A stretch of DNA of 64,000 nucleotides from Octopus sinensis (lineage: Eukaryota): assembly GCF_006345805.1 (NCBI RefSeq), contig NC_043005.1:28582001-28646000 (forward strand). Reading direction: 5' to 3'. The translations under genes were made by a program, and so were the position numbers. The notes beneath the pieces are model-generated. The model saw nothing but the letters and a program-made list of their open reading frames with translations, was not told the DNA's origin and did not search any database. The stretch's first letter is position 1; each line of letters begins with the position of its first letter. Below are positions 14,001 through 28,270 of the stretch, piece by piece.

Positions 14001-14789
14001 ATGTAGGCAGTAATCCATTATAACTCATAATTGGGCTTTGTAGAGGGTCAGAGCAAGATCATGGCTAAAGTATTTTCTGACCTAAAAGAGGAAGACCAGT
14101 GTTTTGCAATGCCAATTTGTGAGTGTAGTGTTTTATGTGTGAGAATGATGTCATAGAAGGATTCTCAAATTTTCTATTTGCATTATAATATACACATGGT
14201 TAATCAAGATGTCCTGGACATAAATGAATTGATGCTTTATATAAAGGAGATGGAGATGTATAATGAAAACTTGGTTTTCATGCTGACTCCATACAGCAGA
14301 GGTCATAGTACAGTGGAAATTACCATTACCATTTTAACATCCACTTTTCCATACTTGCATGGGTCAAATGGAGTTTATTGAGGTAGATTTTCTATAACTA
14401 GACACCCTTCCTGTAACCAACCCTCACTTGTTTACTTCAAGGTTATATTTCTCCTTGGTCAGACGTGTTTTCCACAGAAGACTGGAAGCAAGCAACTTCA
14501 CTTATATGATGGTGATGTAAAATCTGTTGAAGAATCTTAGGTAGTAGCTACCATTACTCACAAGAAATAGAATCTCCTATATTTATTTTAATTTCAACCA
14601 GATCTTCTCTTAAAAAAGTGTTTGTCATACAAGAATTATTATTTTTGTAAGGTATGTGTCTGTCTACCTCAACTTAACCTTGGTCTCTTTCTACCAAGCA
14701 CTTCAAATCTATATTCAAGATCTCTGACCTGTATTCTCTTGACTGGCTCAGAAGTCTCATTCCTTATATATACCCAATTATCCTACACA

Positions 14790-15170
14790 GGCATGTTAAA
14801 TATTCACATGTTTGTAATATACATATGCTAATTATATATGTGCAGTTGACATATACAAGTATGTTAAATATGCATCTAATTATCATATGCAAATATTACT
14901 ATATACATATTTAATAATACACACATACTAATATTTACCTATTTGACATATACACACATAACAATATGTCTAGTTATCATAAATACATCCTATTATATAT
15001 CTATTTAACATACATATATAGCTGATTATTATACAAAGGCAGCTTAAATATACCATTTAGTTATTTTATACATACCTATTTAATACACATACTAATGTAC
15101 ACTTAGTTATTGTAAACATTTTGATATATGTTTAGTTATTAAATACTCATGTAATTATAGCTACTTAAAA
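14790..15170. repeat. AT-rich degenerate tandem repeat
   Basis: Recurrent ACATACTAAT / TTAGTTATT / CCTATTTAA motifs; a similar array lies at 16370-16745. Confidence 0.55.
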
Positions 15171-15181
15171 TATATGCACAT

Positions 15182-15590
15182 AGGCACAGACGTGGCTTTT
15201 GTTGTAAGTAGCTTGCTTCCCTACCACATGGTTCCAGGTTCAGTCCCACTGCTTGGCATCTTGAGCAAGTGTTTTCTACTGTAGCCTCAGGCCAATCAAA
15301 CCTTATGAGTGAATTTGGTAAACGGAAACTGAAAGAAGCTCATCATCTATATATATATATATGCATGTGTGTGCGCATGTTTGTGTGTCTGTTTGTCCCA
15401 CCAACATTGCTTGACAACCGATGCTGGTTTGTTTACGTCCCCATAACTTAGTGGTTCGGCAAAAGAGACCAATAGAATAAGTACTAGGCTTACAAAGAAT
15501 AAGTCCTGGGGTCGATTTACTTGACTAAAGGCAGTGCTCCAGTGTGGCCACAGTCAAATGACTGAAACAAGTGAAAGAAAAAAAGAATAC
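15182..15590 (+). mobile_element. tRNA-derived SINE, near full length
   Basis: GGTTCAGTCCC B-box; colinear with 28271-28667 including the internal (TA/TG)n and the CAAATGACTGAAACAAGT end. Confidence 0.88.
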
Positions 15591-15899
15591 ATATATATGC
15601 CTTGTTATCTTGCACATTTACTAATATATACCTATGTCTGCAAATGTATCTCCCTCTAATATATTCACAAACTGCTGGCAATATGTGGAGAGCTTAGCAG
15701 CTAGATACAGAGAACCAAGTAATGTGAGAGCCTGGCAATTATGTTGAACCTCTCAGAAATCACTTGTTTTGAACAAGTCAGATGACTCCTCAGATTTTTG
15801 AGCTTGTGTCTTTTAGCTACCCACCACTTTACCAACTAGAGAGATTGCTTAAATTATCAGCAGGGAATTTAATTGGAGACACCTCTGTACACTATGTCA

Positions 15900-16320
15900 C
15901 TATTCTTTGAACTGATTGTAGGAATGGTATACCATGATATATACATATGGAAGATTCTTGAAAACATAGTTTCAAACTTTGGTATAAAAGCTAAGGAGGT
16001 AGGAGATATTGTTAGATCCCAGCACTCATTTAGACCCTCACGTTAGGGACCTATTCAACAACAGATTGGTGTTAAAAGTCCTGAGCTGAAGCAATATCTC
16101 CCAAAAGCATTGGAAAATTTAATTGAGTTTTCACTGAGACATTTAGATGTATCTTGATGCATTTCTCTTTAACAAAATAGATCAGTCATTGGTTGAAAAC
16201 TACAACCAAAACTTTGATTCACCAAACTGGTGATGCTATGTACAGTGAAAAACACAATACACACGTTGGATCCCTGGACATAAACAGAGGCAACACAAAA
16301 GGCAGAATATTCAACTGTGA
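15900..16320 (+). mobile_element. Possible retroelement RNase H relic
   Basis: TGGATCCCTGGACAT = WIPGH at about 16268, followed after frameshifts by a GNTKA-like stretch; otherwise heavily decayed. Confidence 0.3.
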
Positions 16321-16769
16321 AGATGTTGATACAAAATGGCCTTGGCCATGAGGGCTAAAACAAACTGAAGAACCCTGTTATTATATATACTAATGTATTC
16401 TTTTATACATGTAGACAAACATATATCCAGTTATATATACATGTATGCACTGATAAATGCTTGGCTATCATACATACTAATACATTCTGTTATAGACACA
16501 CAGGCTAATATATACCCAGTTATTATATTTGTATACACTATCATGTAAGCACACACACTTGTATGTGTCCATTTATCATACATGCTAATATATTATACTC
16601 TCACAGAGTAATATATACCCTGTTAGTATATATGCACTCACTAATATATATTTATCATACATGTATATGCACACATATCCCATTATCACACATACTAATA
16701 TATTCTGTTATAGACACACAGACTAACATATACCCAGTTATATGTGCAAACATATATATGTGTAGTGGT

Positions 16770-16801
<32 letters not shown>

Positions 16802-18245
16802 CCAGTTACTCTATTCAAGTATCTAGAATTACACCTAGGTTGTTGATGTATTTCGATATGACCAGTCACACAAGCTGGCTCCAGTATTTACATTATCATC
16901 AAGCATGACTAGTTAGACCAGCTGACTCCAGTATTTACATTATCATCATTTTGGTGTCTCTTTTTCCATGCTAATATGGGTTGGACACATCTGCTGTACA
17001 GAATGTTGCCATAAGTGTTAATCTTTTACAATGACATACATATTATTCTTAATACATTCTGACAGATTTGAACATGAATATGCTAATTGCTGTTGTTTTA
17101 TCACTGAACAACCTCTTGTTTATGATGAATGTGTGTTCATAATACACTTGATTCATAATCACAAGGATTCTAGGACACCTAGTGTTTCAACGTTTCAACA
17201 TTGCTGTATCTCATCAGCCAAAGACACCCTTGATAATGAATTTAACAAGACTCTGGAGCTCTTGTTTATAACTTCAGCAATCTACTACTTTCTGCCAGTT
17301 AACAATGAATCGTTGTATGCAAGGTGAACAGTGAGAATCAAAATAATGATTTGTATATTTGGTCTTTATACATTTTAGCAGACCCTGTTATGAGAGATCT
17401 AACCTCAAACACTTCAAGTCTTTCTCAGCCTTTCTTACAAGCAGCTCATGGTGCATTTTACCTATCGTCCTTTTACATCACATATTCGCACCACTGCAGT
17501 CAGCTCTCCTACAAACTTCCACTGCTATTTTTAATGTCCAGTCACTTTCTTACTACCTTACCTGTAAGCCACACTTCATGTAGGTTAACATTACACATCC
17601 AACATATTGTACTCACCTCATTGTCAATCTTCACAGATGGTCCATATTTATTGTCTCTTATCTCACCACCATATAACATCACACTTCTTATAGTTTATAT
17701 CTTTTATACACACACACACACACAGAGATCCTTCGTTCTGATTTACTCCCAGGTCGACCCTGAACAAAAGTATTCCAGCCATGACTATTTCATCTATTTT
17801 TATGAGCAGCAAACCCAAAATCATGCTATGTCAAATGTCCTTTTCTAAATCGGTATTGGGTGAATTGAAGGGATTAGGCTGCTATTTCTAACAAATCAAG
17901 TGAGTATGTAGGGGTTCCTTCGATGTCACAAGAGTGTTTTTTGTTGACACAAGCAACAACTGCCCAAACTTCTCTTATTTTCGTTACAATACTCTCACAA
18001 ATGAAACTTTCGACAACATTTAGTACCAGCGGTTGATGGCTTTATTTCATGGCTGCTTTCATTGTTAACATTTCTGTTACGTAAAGGCAAAGGCTTTAAG
18101 AAGATTGCTGTCCAACCACATGATTTCGGGTTCCATTTTACTATATGATACCTAAAGCAAATGTCTTCTGTTATAAGCCCAGGTTGATTAAAACCTTATG
18201 AGTGAGTCTGGCAGACGGAAACTGAAGAAAGCCTGTCAATATGTG

Positions 18246-18283
<38 letters not shown>

Positions 18284-18285
18284 TA

Positions 18286-19345
18286 CACACAGAGTGAATA
18301 AATTGTCGTCTAAATTGCACAAAAATGAAAATAACATTGATATCTCATTTTAACAGTTATACTTACCAAAATTACATAAAAATATCTTGAAATACTAAAG
18401 AGTAAATTTATTTAATAGAATTGTCATTGGCTTTAACCACGGCCTCCAGATGACTTCGGAATCTCCTGCAACTCTTCTGGACAGTCTCCTTGCTTAAGTT
18501 GGTGAATGCTGCCATAATCCTTGCTTTCAGTTTATTTTTGGTGTTACAAAGAGTTTTGTTGGCCTCTTGCTTAACTGCACCCTACACATAATAATTGAGA
18601 GGGTTGCAGTCTGGGGAGTTAAGTTGCCTGATGTGGTCGCAAAAATTGCCTGACAGCCATGACTGGGTACTCCTGCTTGTGTGACATGGTGCAGAGTTGT
18701 ATTGCTAGATATAGGGTCTTCCAGCAGCCACCCTCTTCACCCAGTGCAGCACTACCTCCTCCAGGCACTTTATGTAAACCTCTGTTGAGTATGAGGCCGT
18801 GTGAGAATATGAATGGGGTCATAATGTCACCATCACTAGTGATCACTCCAAACACCATGATGTTGACTGGATGTTTAATTTTTATCACTCTTAGTACATG
18901 TTTTGAGGACACAGCAAGCCAATGGTTGTTCTATGTGTTCACCATCTAATCCTAGCAGAAATTTTTCTCTTCTGAGAAAAACTGAAGCATGTTTGCTTGG
19001 TGGGGATGTTTGAATTTGTTCAAAAGCTTTGTAGTGCAATCTTTCCTCTTGTCCTTGATGGCTTGGGATACAAATTGGCCCTTTCTCATCTTGAATGAAG
19101 AATTCTGAATGTCTTTATGCACTAGCTGCCTGATAAGAAACTCAGACACTCCCATGTCCCTGGTAATGGACCTGATTGTCTTGGAGGGATCGTTGTCAAC
19201 CAGGGCCGGGATCTCACCAACAAATTCAGGAGTTCTTTTCTTATCAGAACCATCAAAGTGAGTTTTCAGAGCTGCCATACCTTCGTAATCACCATTAGAC
19301 TCATCCAACTCTTTCTGAATCCTCTACACCGTCCTCAGATTAATG
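18286..19345 (-). mobile_element. Tc1/mariner (maT/DD37D-like) transposon relic
   Basis: ORFs 18952..19308 (HTH: PSKTIRSITRDMGVSEFLIRQLVHKD) and 18619..18912 (KHPVNIMVFGVITSDGDIMTPFIF); frameshifted QQ..AP and SPDCNPLNYYV; TA-flanked 3' end at 18286. Confidence 0.88.
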
Positions 19346-19977
19346 TTTGACAGATATGATGTGCTTTATATTTTAAGGAAATAAAAGATGAATTAAAGTT
19401 ACAAAACTTATTCGTATATATAAAATAACTACACTTTTCATTGTCCGACCACCAAAGTTATTTACCAATTGAGATTATTTTCATTTCTTTCAGTTCATTT
19501 CAGCTACATATCTACCTGTATATCTTCTAATAATATTTTTCTCTATCTCCATATTTGTTGACATATCTGTACACTCCATTACATACTTATCTACCCATCT
19601 AGCGAACTGACTAATTAACTATCATATCTCTATTTCCTTCTGTATATGTTTGCTCTCATAATACCAATAAGTATTTAAACTTGTAACAGAAAGAAAAAAT
19701 AAATTATAGCAGTGTCTTAGGTTGGGAACATGTAAAAGATAAAAGTGTAACATCCACAGCTATCTGCTAACTAAGGTTATTTATTTCACTTTAATTTAAC
19801 TATCTCTATAGTTAAATTTGATGCATAAATTTATAAATCTTCATGACATTGTTTCACTATAATAAACGTTTCACTGTGCCTGTGATTTGATCACACAAAT
19901 GTAAAGTAATAGAAACCATTTCCCTCTCAATCTCTCTCTCTTTTAGTCTCCCTCCTCCTCCCCTCTCTCTCTCTCTA

Positions 19978-20020
19978 GATATATATATAAATATATATAT
20001 ATAAATATATATATATAAAT

Positions 20021-20071
<51 letters not shown>
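19978..20071. repeat. (TA)n microsatellite
   Basis: Direct reading; other runs at 18252-18280, 21016-21056 and 46316-46347. Confidence 0.95.
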
Positions 20072-20075
<4 letters not shown>

Positions 20076-20400
20076 ACCTGACTGGTCCCATGCCGGTGGC
20101 ACAAAAAAGTACCATTTGACTGTGCTCATTGCCAGTCCTGCTTGACTGGCTCCTGTACTGCTGGCATGTAAAAGGCACCATTCAAGCGTGGTTGATGTCA
20201 GTGCTGCCTGATTGGCTCCCATGCTGATAACATGTTAAAAGCACCCACTACACTCTTGGAGTGGTTGGTGTTAGGAAGAGCATCCAGCTGTAGAAACTTT
20301 ACCAGATTGGATTGGAGCAGATTGGCTTCTGGCTTACCAGTCCTCATTCAAACCATCCAACCCATGCCAGCATGGAAAGCAGATGTGAAACGATGATAAT
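20072..20400 (+). mobile_element. RTE LINE 3' UTR / tail
   Basis: GGAGTGGTTGGTGTTAGGAAGAGCATCCAGCTGTAGAAAC ... AACCCATGCCAGCATGGAAAGCAGATGTGAAACGATGAT. Confidence 0.8.
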
Positions 20401-20802
20401 ATATATATATATATATGAAGAAAGAAAGAGGGAGAGGCAATTATGCAGATAAACAGCTTGGAGTTGATATACAAAATATGTGTACATGCAAATAGTAAGA
20501 AAGCAAAGACGGAAGACTTTCAAACAATGAATATGTAAGTATAAACATATAGACATTTATATATTAATAGATCAAATGTACACAGAGACAAATGACAGTG
20601 AAAATTAATGGGAAGGAGGTAAGGTATTACAAGTCCAACAGCTGTTGGACTTACCTTACTTCCTTCCCTTTCATTTTCTTTGTTGTTTATATTCTGTGTA
20701 AGTTTAGTCTATCAAAAATATAAAAATATCTGTATATTTTATGCTTAAACATTCATTGACTGAAAAATCTTCAATTTTCACTTTCTTTCTGTTATTATGT
20801 TT

Positions 20803-21013
20803 CATCATCATCATCATCGTTTAACATCCACTCTCCATACTGGCATGGGTTGGACGGTTTGACTGAGGTCTGGAGAGCGGCTGCATCAGATTCCAATCTG
20901 ATCTGGCAATGTTTCTACAACTGAATGCCCTTCCTAATCCCAACCACTCCGAAAGTGTAGTGGGTGCTTTTTACATGCCACCAGCACAGAATCCAGTCAG
21001 ACAGTCCTGGCAT

Positions 21014-21015
<2 letters not shown>
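20803..21015 (-). mobile_element. RTE LINE 3' UTR / tail
   Basis: (CAT)n CGTTTAACATCCACTCTCCATACTGGCATGGGTTGGAC. Further decayed copies at about 23452-23650 (-), 24735-24950 (-), 25430-25600 (+), 44620-44790 (+) and 60900-61135 (+). Confidence 0.8.
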
Positions 21016-21059
<44 letters not shown>

Positions 21060-24000
21060 AGATGTTATACTTAATTTGTTTAGCTGTATAATTGCCTCCA
21101 TATTTGCTCACTTTGATTCCTCTTATAACCACTCTTTACCCCATGGAATTGGTCCCCCTTAAAGATATCAGAATCTAAATTTGGATTATTTCAGCACTAC
21201 TAAGTGTTTACTGTACCGAGAATCTCTGGATCTTATCTGTTGACTATATGTGTGTGTTTGTATGTGTGTGTGTGTATATAATATATATATATATATATAT
21301 ATTTACACAAATACACACAGGTGAGGAGCTCGCAGAAACGTTAGCGCACCGGGCGAAATGCTTTGCGGTATTTCGTCTGTCATTACGTTCTGAGTTCAAA
21401 TTGTATGTATATAATTGAAATTTATAGAAAAGCAAAAAAGACAAAGAAAGGTATTTGAACAACAAGCAGGTATTAGTTTGACACTCAGGAAAGTGAGAAA
21501 GTCTTTTATGTTTCAAGCTTGCACTCTTCAACAGAAAGGAATAAGAGAAAATAAAGAGAGAGAGAATAAAAAAAAAAAATTGTGGATTTAGTGGTCAAGC
21601 ATGGTGACTATATATATAGTTTTCCATTTATGTTGTTACCTCCCTTGGTATAAGCTTAACACACAGACGAAACAGTCACACAGGAATGTGTAGAATAATA
21701 AGTAAAAAAAATCATATATATTCATGTGTGTGTGTGTGTATGTTTGTATCAATAATTCTAAACAAGCATCAACATCATACAAGCAGTGTCCTTCGTATCT
21801 GATTTACTGTAAAAACTTTTTTGGCCTTGGGAAAATATTATTTCACGTGGAGACAAGTGAGGACTGGCAACAGGAAAGGCATCCAGCTGTAGAAAATCTG
21901 CCTCAGCAAATTCTATTTGCTTGTTGCTAAAATGATGATGATGATGGTCTATTATCCTGGTTCTCTGTCAAAAATACCGCTGCACCCATTGTTTTTCCCC
22001 GAGTACACAGTATTGAGTTTCTATCTAATTTATTTATTCACACAGATCAAGGCTATTATTCAGATGGTCTAGTGATTCTGTTCTCTGTCTATCACTTTGG
22101 GTTTTTGTCTGAGAGATTTGGACTATGATCATTCTTTCTGATTTTGAACTTTTCAAAAAAAACTTTGCCCGATGGCAATAGGGAAAAAGAACAGATTACC
22201 ATCATATAAAAGTTACCTTTAGGGACCAGTCTTATGCAGGTATTTCTTAAAGCAATCCCACCACCTCCCAAAATAGATGAAGGCCTGAAATATTCCAGAT
22301 GAAGTTTCTACATTCAGTAATGGTACTCTGCCAAAGACCATTTGTTTCCTCCATCCATTGTGGTTGCTATCCTACAAAGCATTGAAGTCTTTTACTATTT
22401 TCTTCCTTACAACATGAAAACTGTAGTAAAATAGTTGTCTTGATAATATTCTTGGTTATAAATATCCTATCAGTTGGAACACAGACACCACTTCAACTCA
22501 CAACTCAAATGTTCATTGTAGTAGTAGTAGTTGTAGTCGTAATCATCTCTATGGTCTTTATATATACTAATTATACTAATTACAACTATTCCTCTAACCC
22601 TTTGGAAAACTTTCTAGTTTTTCTTCTACTTTTTCCTGGTATTTCCTTAGTAAATAATGTCTTCCTTTATCATTTTACTTTCAAATTTGACTTTTCACAT
22701 CCACAAATATTTTGATATTTACATTTTTTCTTTATGTTCAGTATTGGAAGAGTTGACCAATTTACCATTCCTCTTAGATTGGGTTGTTTAAAAAAAAAAA
22801 GAAAGAAAAAAAAAACTAGACTATTGTATGTTTGCTATGAATAACTTTTCTATCCAACACAAGGAACAATAAACAATGTTGCTATCTTCAACATTGCAAC
22901 CTTCAACCATATTCCAGTGTTATTGTGATGCTGCTATACACATTTACCATAATTGCCAGAAAACCTGGAGATATAATAAAATATAAGTGGGTAGGAAGAA
23001 TTTCAAATTTTTTGGCCAATATAATAGTACATAATGATGATGATGATTTCTTATATTAGGCACAAGGCCAAACATTTTGGGGCAGGGTGGTCTTAATTAA
23101 ATTGACCTTAGAACTAAACTGGTGTTTATTTTATCAGCTCTACAGGAATGAAAAGCAAATTAATAAATAAAAATACCTCTCTAAAATACATCAACCAACA
23201 AAACAGCTTCTCTGGCAGCCATGGCCTATTGCGGCTTTACAGGACTTTCTAAATGGCATGCCAGCCCAAAAAAATAAGCTTGAATTTTTCTAGAAACAGT
23301 GCAGCCTGCCTGATGATGAGCCATGTCTAATGTGGTTCCCTTCCCCAAAAAGGTTGCCCGTGCCTGCTCTATGGGGTGGGGGTGGGGTCATGATCTGCTA
23401 GATATAGCAGCCAAACCTCCCTCAAATTACGTTCATCATTGCCTTCATATTCATCATCATTTAATGTTCATTTTCATGTTGGTATGGGTTGGACAATTTA
23501 ACAGGATGCAATGAGCTAAAGGACTGTGTTAAACTCCAATGTCTGTTTTGGCCTGGTTTCCATGGCTGGATGCCCTTCCTAATGCCAACCACTTTACAGA
23601 GTTGGTTGGGTGCTTTTTACATGCCACCAACACTAGTGAAGTTATTTGAGTAACTTGCAAAACAAAGTGGGGGTTGCTGTAGAGATTGGGGTCACTTTAT
23701 GCATAGTGTTATCAGGCTGAGTATGATAGGGGGACAGGAACAGGTATCTTGTTATAGAAGATATACATGACTACCCCCAACCACATTATATAAGGGTGGG
23801 CATAGCTGGAAAGAAGACAATGATAGTGATGACCAAGGCATCAGAGCATACTCTCAAAATGTAAAAAGGTGAGTATAAGAGACTACAGACAGAGGATCAG
23901 GAAGAATGAATGAAATTAAATTGTGAGGAGAAAGTGAGAGATGGTTAGATATGAAAGTAGAGGTGAATGGAACAATGGTTGAGATATGGATGTTTGTTGA

Positions 24001-27000
24001 AATGAACCAATTGTAGATAAGGCTCCTGCTAGCTATAGCATATGGTCCCCTTTGTGGATATGATTCCACTGCGGAATATGATCTCCTTTTGTTGGTTAAT
24101 TCCCTTGGTCAAGTAGGTCCTCTAGTTGAAACAATCCAAATTTGCAAGATCAGATTTAACATACTGTGAGTATCTCTAGACAAAGACTGGCCAATGGTAG
24201 AAAGAGCTCAAGAAATGTATAAAATGTTAATTTAACATGTTTACTATAATGGGGTTTTTTTTTTTATGAAAAAATAAAACACTGAGGAAAATATATTTTA
24301 CATTGTAATCAGAAATGAGTTTGTAGTGGGGAAGTATCCACAGTCCATATTACATGGTGCACTGTACCATTTAATATACATATATACATACATATATAAT
24401 GGTAACAGTGTTTACTGTTAAATGCATACAAAGGTGCAGTGTTTACTATTAACTGTTGCATATAATGGTAAAGTATTTATTGTCAGTATATGTAAGGATT
24501 CAGTGTTTCCTGTTAAACATGTTTCTTTTAAAATATATTACATATAACAGTGTTTACTATTATTTCCTCACAAAATGCACAGCCTTTACTGCCAAATGTT
24601 ATAAGCTCTATAAAAAGGTTGCCAAACAAAAGGGAGACAACATAGAGCTGCAAGGATTATTTAGTCTTGATGATGATGGCACAGCTTTTCACATCTAATG
24701 CATCCATCCGAGCTTCTCTCCTCTCATGTGCTTTTTATGCCAATGAATGATGATGATGATGATTGGTTGGATGGGCCATGTCAGTTGGGCTCAGTGTATA
24801 GTTGGGGTTACTGCTCACCTAGATATGTTGGCAGACCACAACTGGTATGCATCTTTCATATTTGGCTTATTTTCTGCAACTTGATGCTCTTCCTAGCAAC
24901 AACTACTTTCCAGATTATACAGAGTGCATTTTTATGGCAGTAGCACTAGAGAGATAACTATGTGATGGACTTAATTTCCAGGAATTTCTTTTCTAATTCT
25001 ACTTCAGATTCAGCTAAAAGAACAAGGTCAGCATATAGTGGTTCTGAGAGCATCCAGTTTTAAACTCCATTGTGAGTTGGAGGAGTATAAGAAGTGGGAT
25101 AAGAACAAAGCCCTGGTGGACCCCAACCATCACACTAAATTCAATGCTATCTATAGTCATAAATTCATCTTCAAAAATGGTCCACACTCCAACAAGATAA
25201 GACAGCCACCAAATTCCCCCTACACACACATGCAGGCCCCCAAAACTGCACCCGCAAGAACCACTCCAAATTAATCATGTGGTATACCACACACCTAAAC
25301 ATACTTTGACAAACTAAAAGCAATCCTTTACCAAAACACATAATGCACTATTATCAACACAAAAGATAAAAACCAAAACCATAAAACACAAATAAAAGCA
25401 CCATATAACATGATAAGCAATCAAAAACCATTCTTGGCCACAGTCCACTCTGTAAAGTGGTTGGTGTTAGGAAGGGCATCCAGCTGGAGAAACCATACCA
25501 AACAGACAGAGGAGTTTGGTGTGACTCTTGGCCTTATCACTCCTGTCAAACTATCCACTCCCATGCCAGCATGGAAAATGGATGTGCAATGATGATGATA
25601 ACAACCCCACCATAATATCACTATTTACAAACACAATACTCACATAAAAGGAAATTTTATATAAAAAACATACCAAAATAACCTTATTTAGATTAACAGA
25701 TAAATAAAACAAGTTCAAGCCACAACTTCTTCATCGACTAATATCAGACAACTACACACCATTCACCAAAAAAATAACCAGAGGTGATACAACAAAGTAA
25801 CAGCCAATCAGCAAATGCATAAACCAACCAATAAACAGATACCAGGAAGAGACCACACACACACACACATCCCAACTGCAAATATACCACCCAAATGTGA
25901 CAGCTTTCCTTGAAGATGAGGTTGGCATGAAATATGAGTTGAGAAATAAATATTGTTTCAATAAACTATATCAATATCTGTTTACAGAGTATGGGTGTTT
26001 TCGTTCACAGGTAATCTAAATGATCAGATATGCTAGGTAAGTGCTGTAAAAGATTACTGTGGCTCCAAGATTATAGCTGAGATGGTAGTTATGGAGTCAT
26101 TGCAGATTTCCAATGCAGCAGATGTATATTTATTATACAGGACATCAAACATTAAGGCAAGGCAAACATCTCAATTCGTATACAATATTATTACAGGAAG
26201 AAATTTAAAATCTTACAGCTGTTTCTGGAATATCCTCAAGTATGGGATATTCCGTCATCAGAGACAAATTGGTGGGGGGGTATGAAAAATGTGAATGGTA
26301 TATATCAATAAGATGATAATATGGAGGAAAGGAGGAAAAGAATAAGGAGATGGAAAGAGAGAAGAAAAAAGAGGCATAAAAGTTCATAGTTCAACTTTCC
26401 AAAGTTATAAAAACCAAAGCATGAGTCCTTAGATACAATCCTGCATATATCCATGAGTGTAAGTTTTTAGGTGCAATTCTGCGTAGATCCATGTGGGTTA
26501 AAGTCCTTATGTATATCTATCTATGTTTGTGTGAATGAGTTCATATTTCCCCTAATCCTTGTGTGTTTGCTGGCTGTAACTGACTATACAGGTGATGGCC
26601 ATTTCTGGCAGTCAGCCACATAACTATGTCCAAGTTGTTTGTTGTTTGAAGTGCATCTGACTGTGGAAAATTTGCTTAAAAAATTCCATCTGACCTCATA
26701 GAAGCATGGTGAAGTGAACATTAAATAATGATGATGATGGTTTTAATCTTATAACTCTTGTGCCTATGTAATATTGATACTTCATCAAAGATTATCTTAG
26801 ATTTCTAAGTCTAATTCAAATTTTACAGAGAAACTTCTGTTGACTTCATTGTAGACCCTTGCCCAACACAGTCTCAGCCTCAGTCTTTTACTCTCCCATG
26901 AAACACACCAGATGACTTTTGGCTGTAATATAGGAATCCAGTGTAGTTCAGTTTCTGTCAACATATTTCTCTTTCTCTTAACACTTACATGAAAACAATG

Positions 27001-27221
27001 ACCAAGTGAAAGATTCTTTATTTAGAAATACTGTCTGAAATTGAGTCTTGCATGGATTGGAAAGATTCCCAAATATCATGTAATATTCCTGTCAGTCTTT
27101 TTTGAGTTCTTGTTACTCCACAGGATTAGAAACATTAGCAATAAGATAATTAATCTACAATATTTATCTTACTTAAATGGTGATCGTCAGTCAAGCAGAT
27201 GTCTAAATAAACCCTAAGTAT

Positions 27222-27645
27222 AAGCGCAGGCACAGCTGTGTGGCTTCAAGAAACTTGCTTCTCAGCCATGTTGTCTTGGATTCAATCCCACTTCACAGCA
27301 CCTTGGACAAGTGTCTTCTTTAGCCTGGGACAACCAAAGCTTTGTGAGTGGATTTGGTAGACAGAAGCTGAAAGAAACCTGTTGTGTGTGTGTGTGTGTT
27401 TATGTGTTCTCTTGTCTAGAGTTCATGTGATGTTTGTAAGTAAGCATCATCATACAAATGAAGTGGTTCATTTTTCAGTCTTCTATGAAAATCCTGCCAT
27501 GGGGATAAATTAGATTGTTTGGAAGCAGGTGAGGTTTGCCAACAGGAAGGGCATCCAGCTAGAAAATCTACCTCAACAAAATCTGTCTGAACCATGGAAG
27601 CATGGAAAAGTGGATGTTAAATAGTGATGGTGATGATAATGATAT
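27222..27645 (+). mobile_element. tRNA-derived SINE with LINE-like 3' tail
   Basis: Head shared with 28271; tail AGGAAGGGCATCCAGC...AGCATGGAAAAGTGGATGTTAAA...(GAT)n; sister copy at 34986-35375. Confidence 0.8.
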
Positions 27646-28270
27646 AATTACACTTTCTATCATACATTATAACAAAATATAATTTTTGTTTTACACCAGG
27701 GAGACCCAAACATGGAAACATGAACAATAAACATTCATTTTTTTTAATCCCACTATTTCAGTATCTGTTTGCAACTCAATGATATTTAGTTTCTATCTTT
27801 AAAAATTCTTTCAGTAGATATAATCAGTCATCAGTTCCATGTTAACTAAAAATGTATAGAATCCAAGAGAATTTACTTTTTATTTATTTAATATTTTGTT
27901 TATGTTATTGTTTGTAGTTATATTTTGTCAGACTACTGTCCTTATTCCCCTTTTATCTTTAACTATCAAATACCATATTCAAAGACATTCTTCATTTTCC
28001 ACATAATTCTTCAGTTTTCCTTTTTTTGTATGTGTCTTTTTCTCCAAAATGATTTCTGCAATGAATATCTTATGGGACAAAGTTATTTATAGGAAGAATA
28101 TTAATATTGCAAGTTGATCTGATTGTCTCTCTTCATTCAATCACTTTACTGACTGGTGTTTTTTGAAGACTGGATTTGACAGAACTTCATTCCTAGAATA
28201 GGATTTAAAGAATATGAACCTTTTGTCAAAACAAAACAAAAAAAAAATTATTGCCTGTCACTTGTTAACC

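Noticed and set aside
17185-17222. Minus-strand CTGATGA-GATA..TGTT-GAAACGTT hammerhead-like string
   Set aside because: Stem I does not pair and stem II relies on wobbles; at best a very old relic
21945-22400. Possible L1/Tx1-type LINE relic on the minus strand
   Set aside because: No motif could be read with enough confidence to call
25815-25835. CATAAACCAACC (HKPT), a possible start of the missing C1-1 exon
   Set aside because: Not followed by YCxxC; low-complexity A/C-rich context
25988-26042. Micro-exon-like signals (cag|...CTAG|gtaagt)
   Set aside because: The 26 and 49 nt options do not preserve the phase-1 junction into exon 36964, and there is no homology
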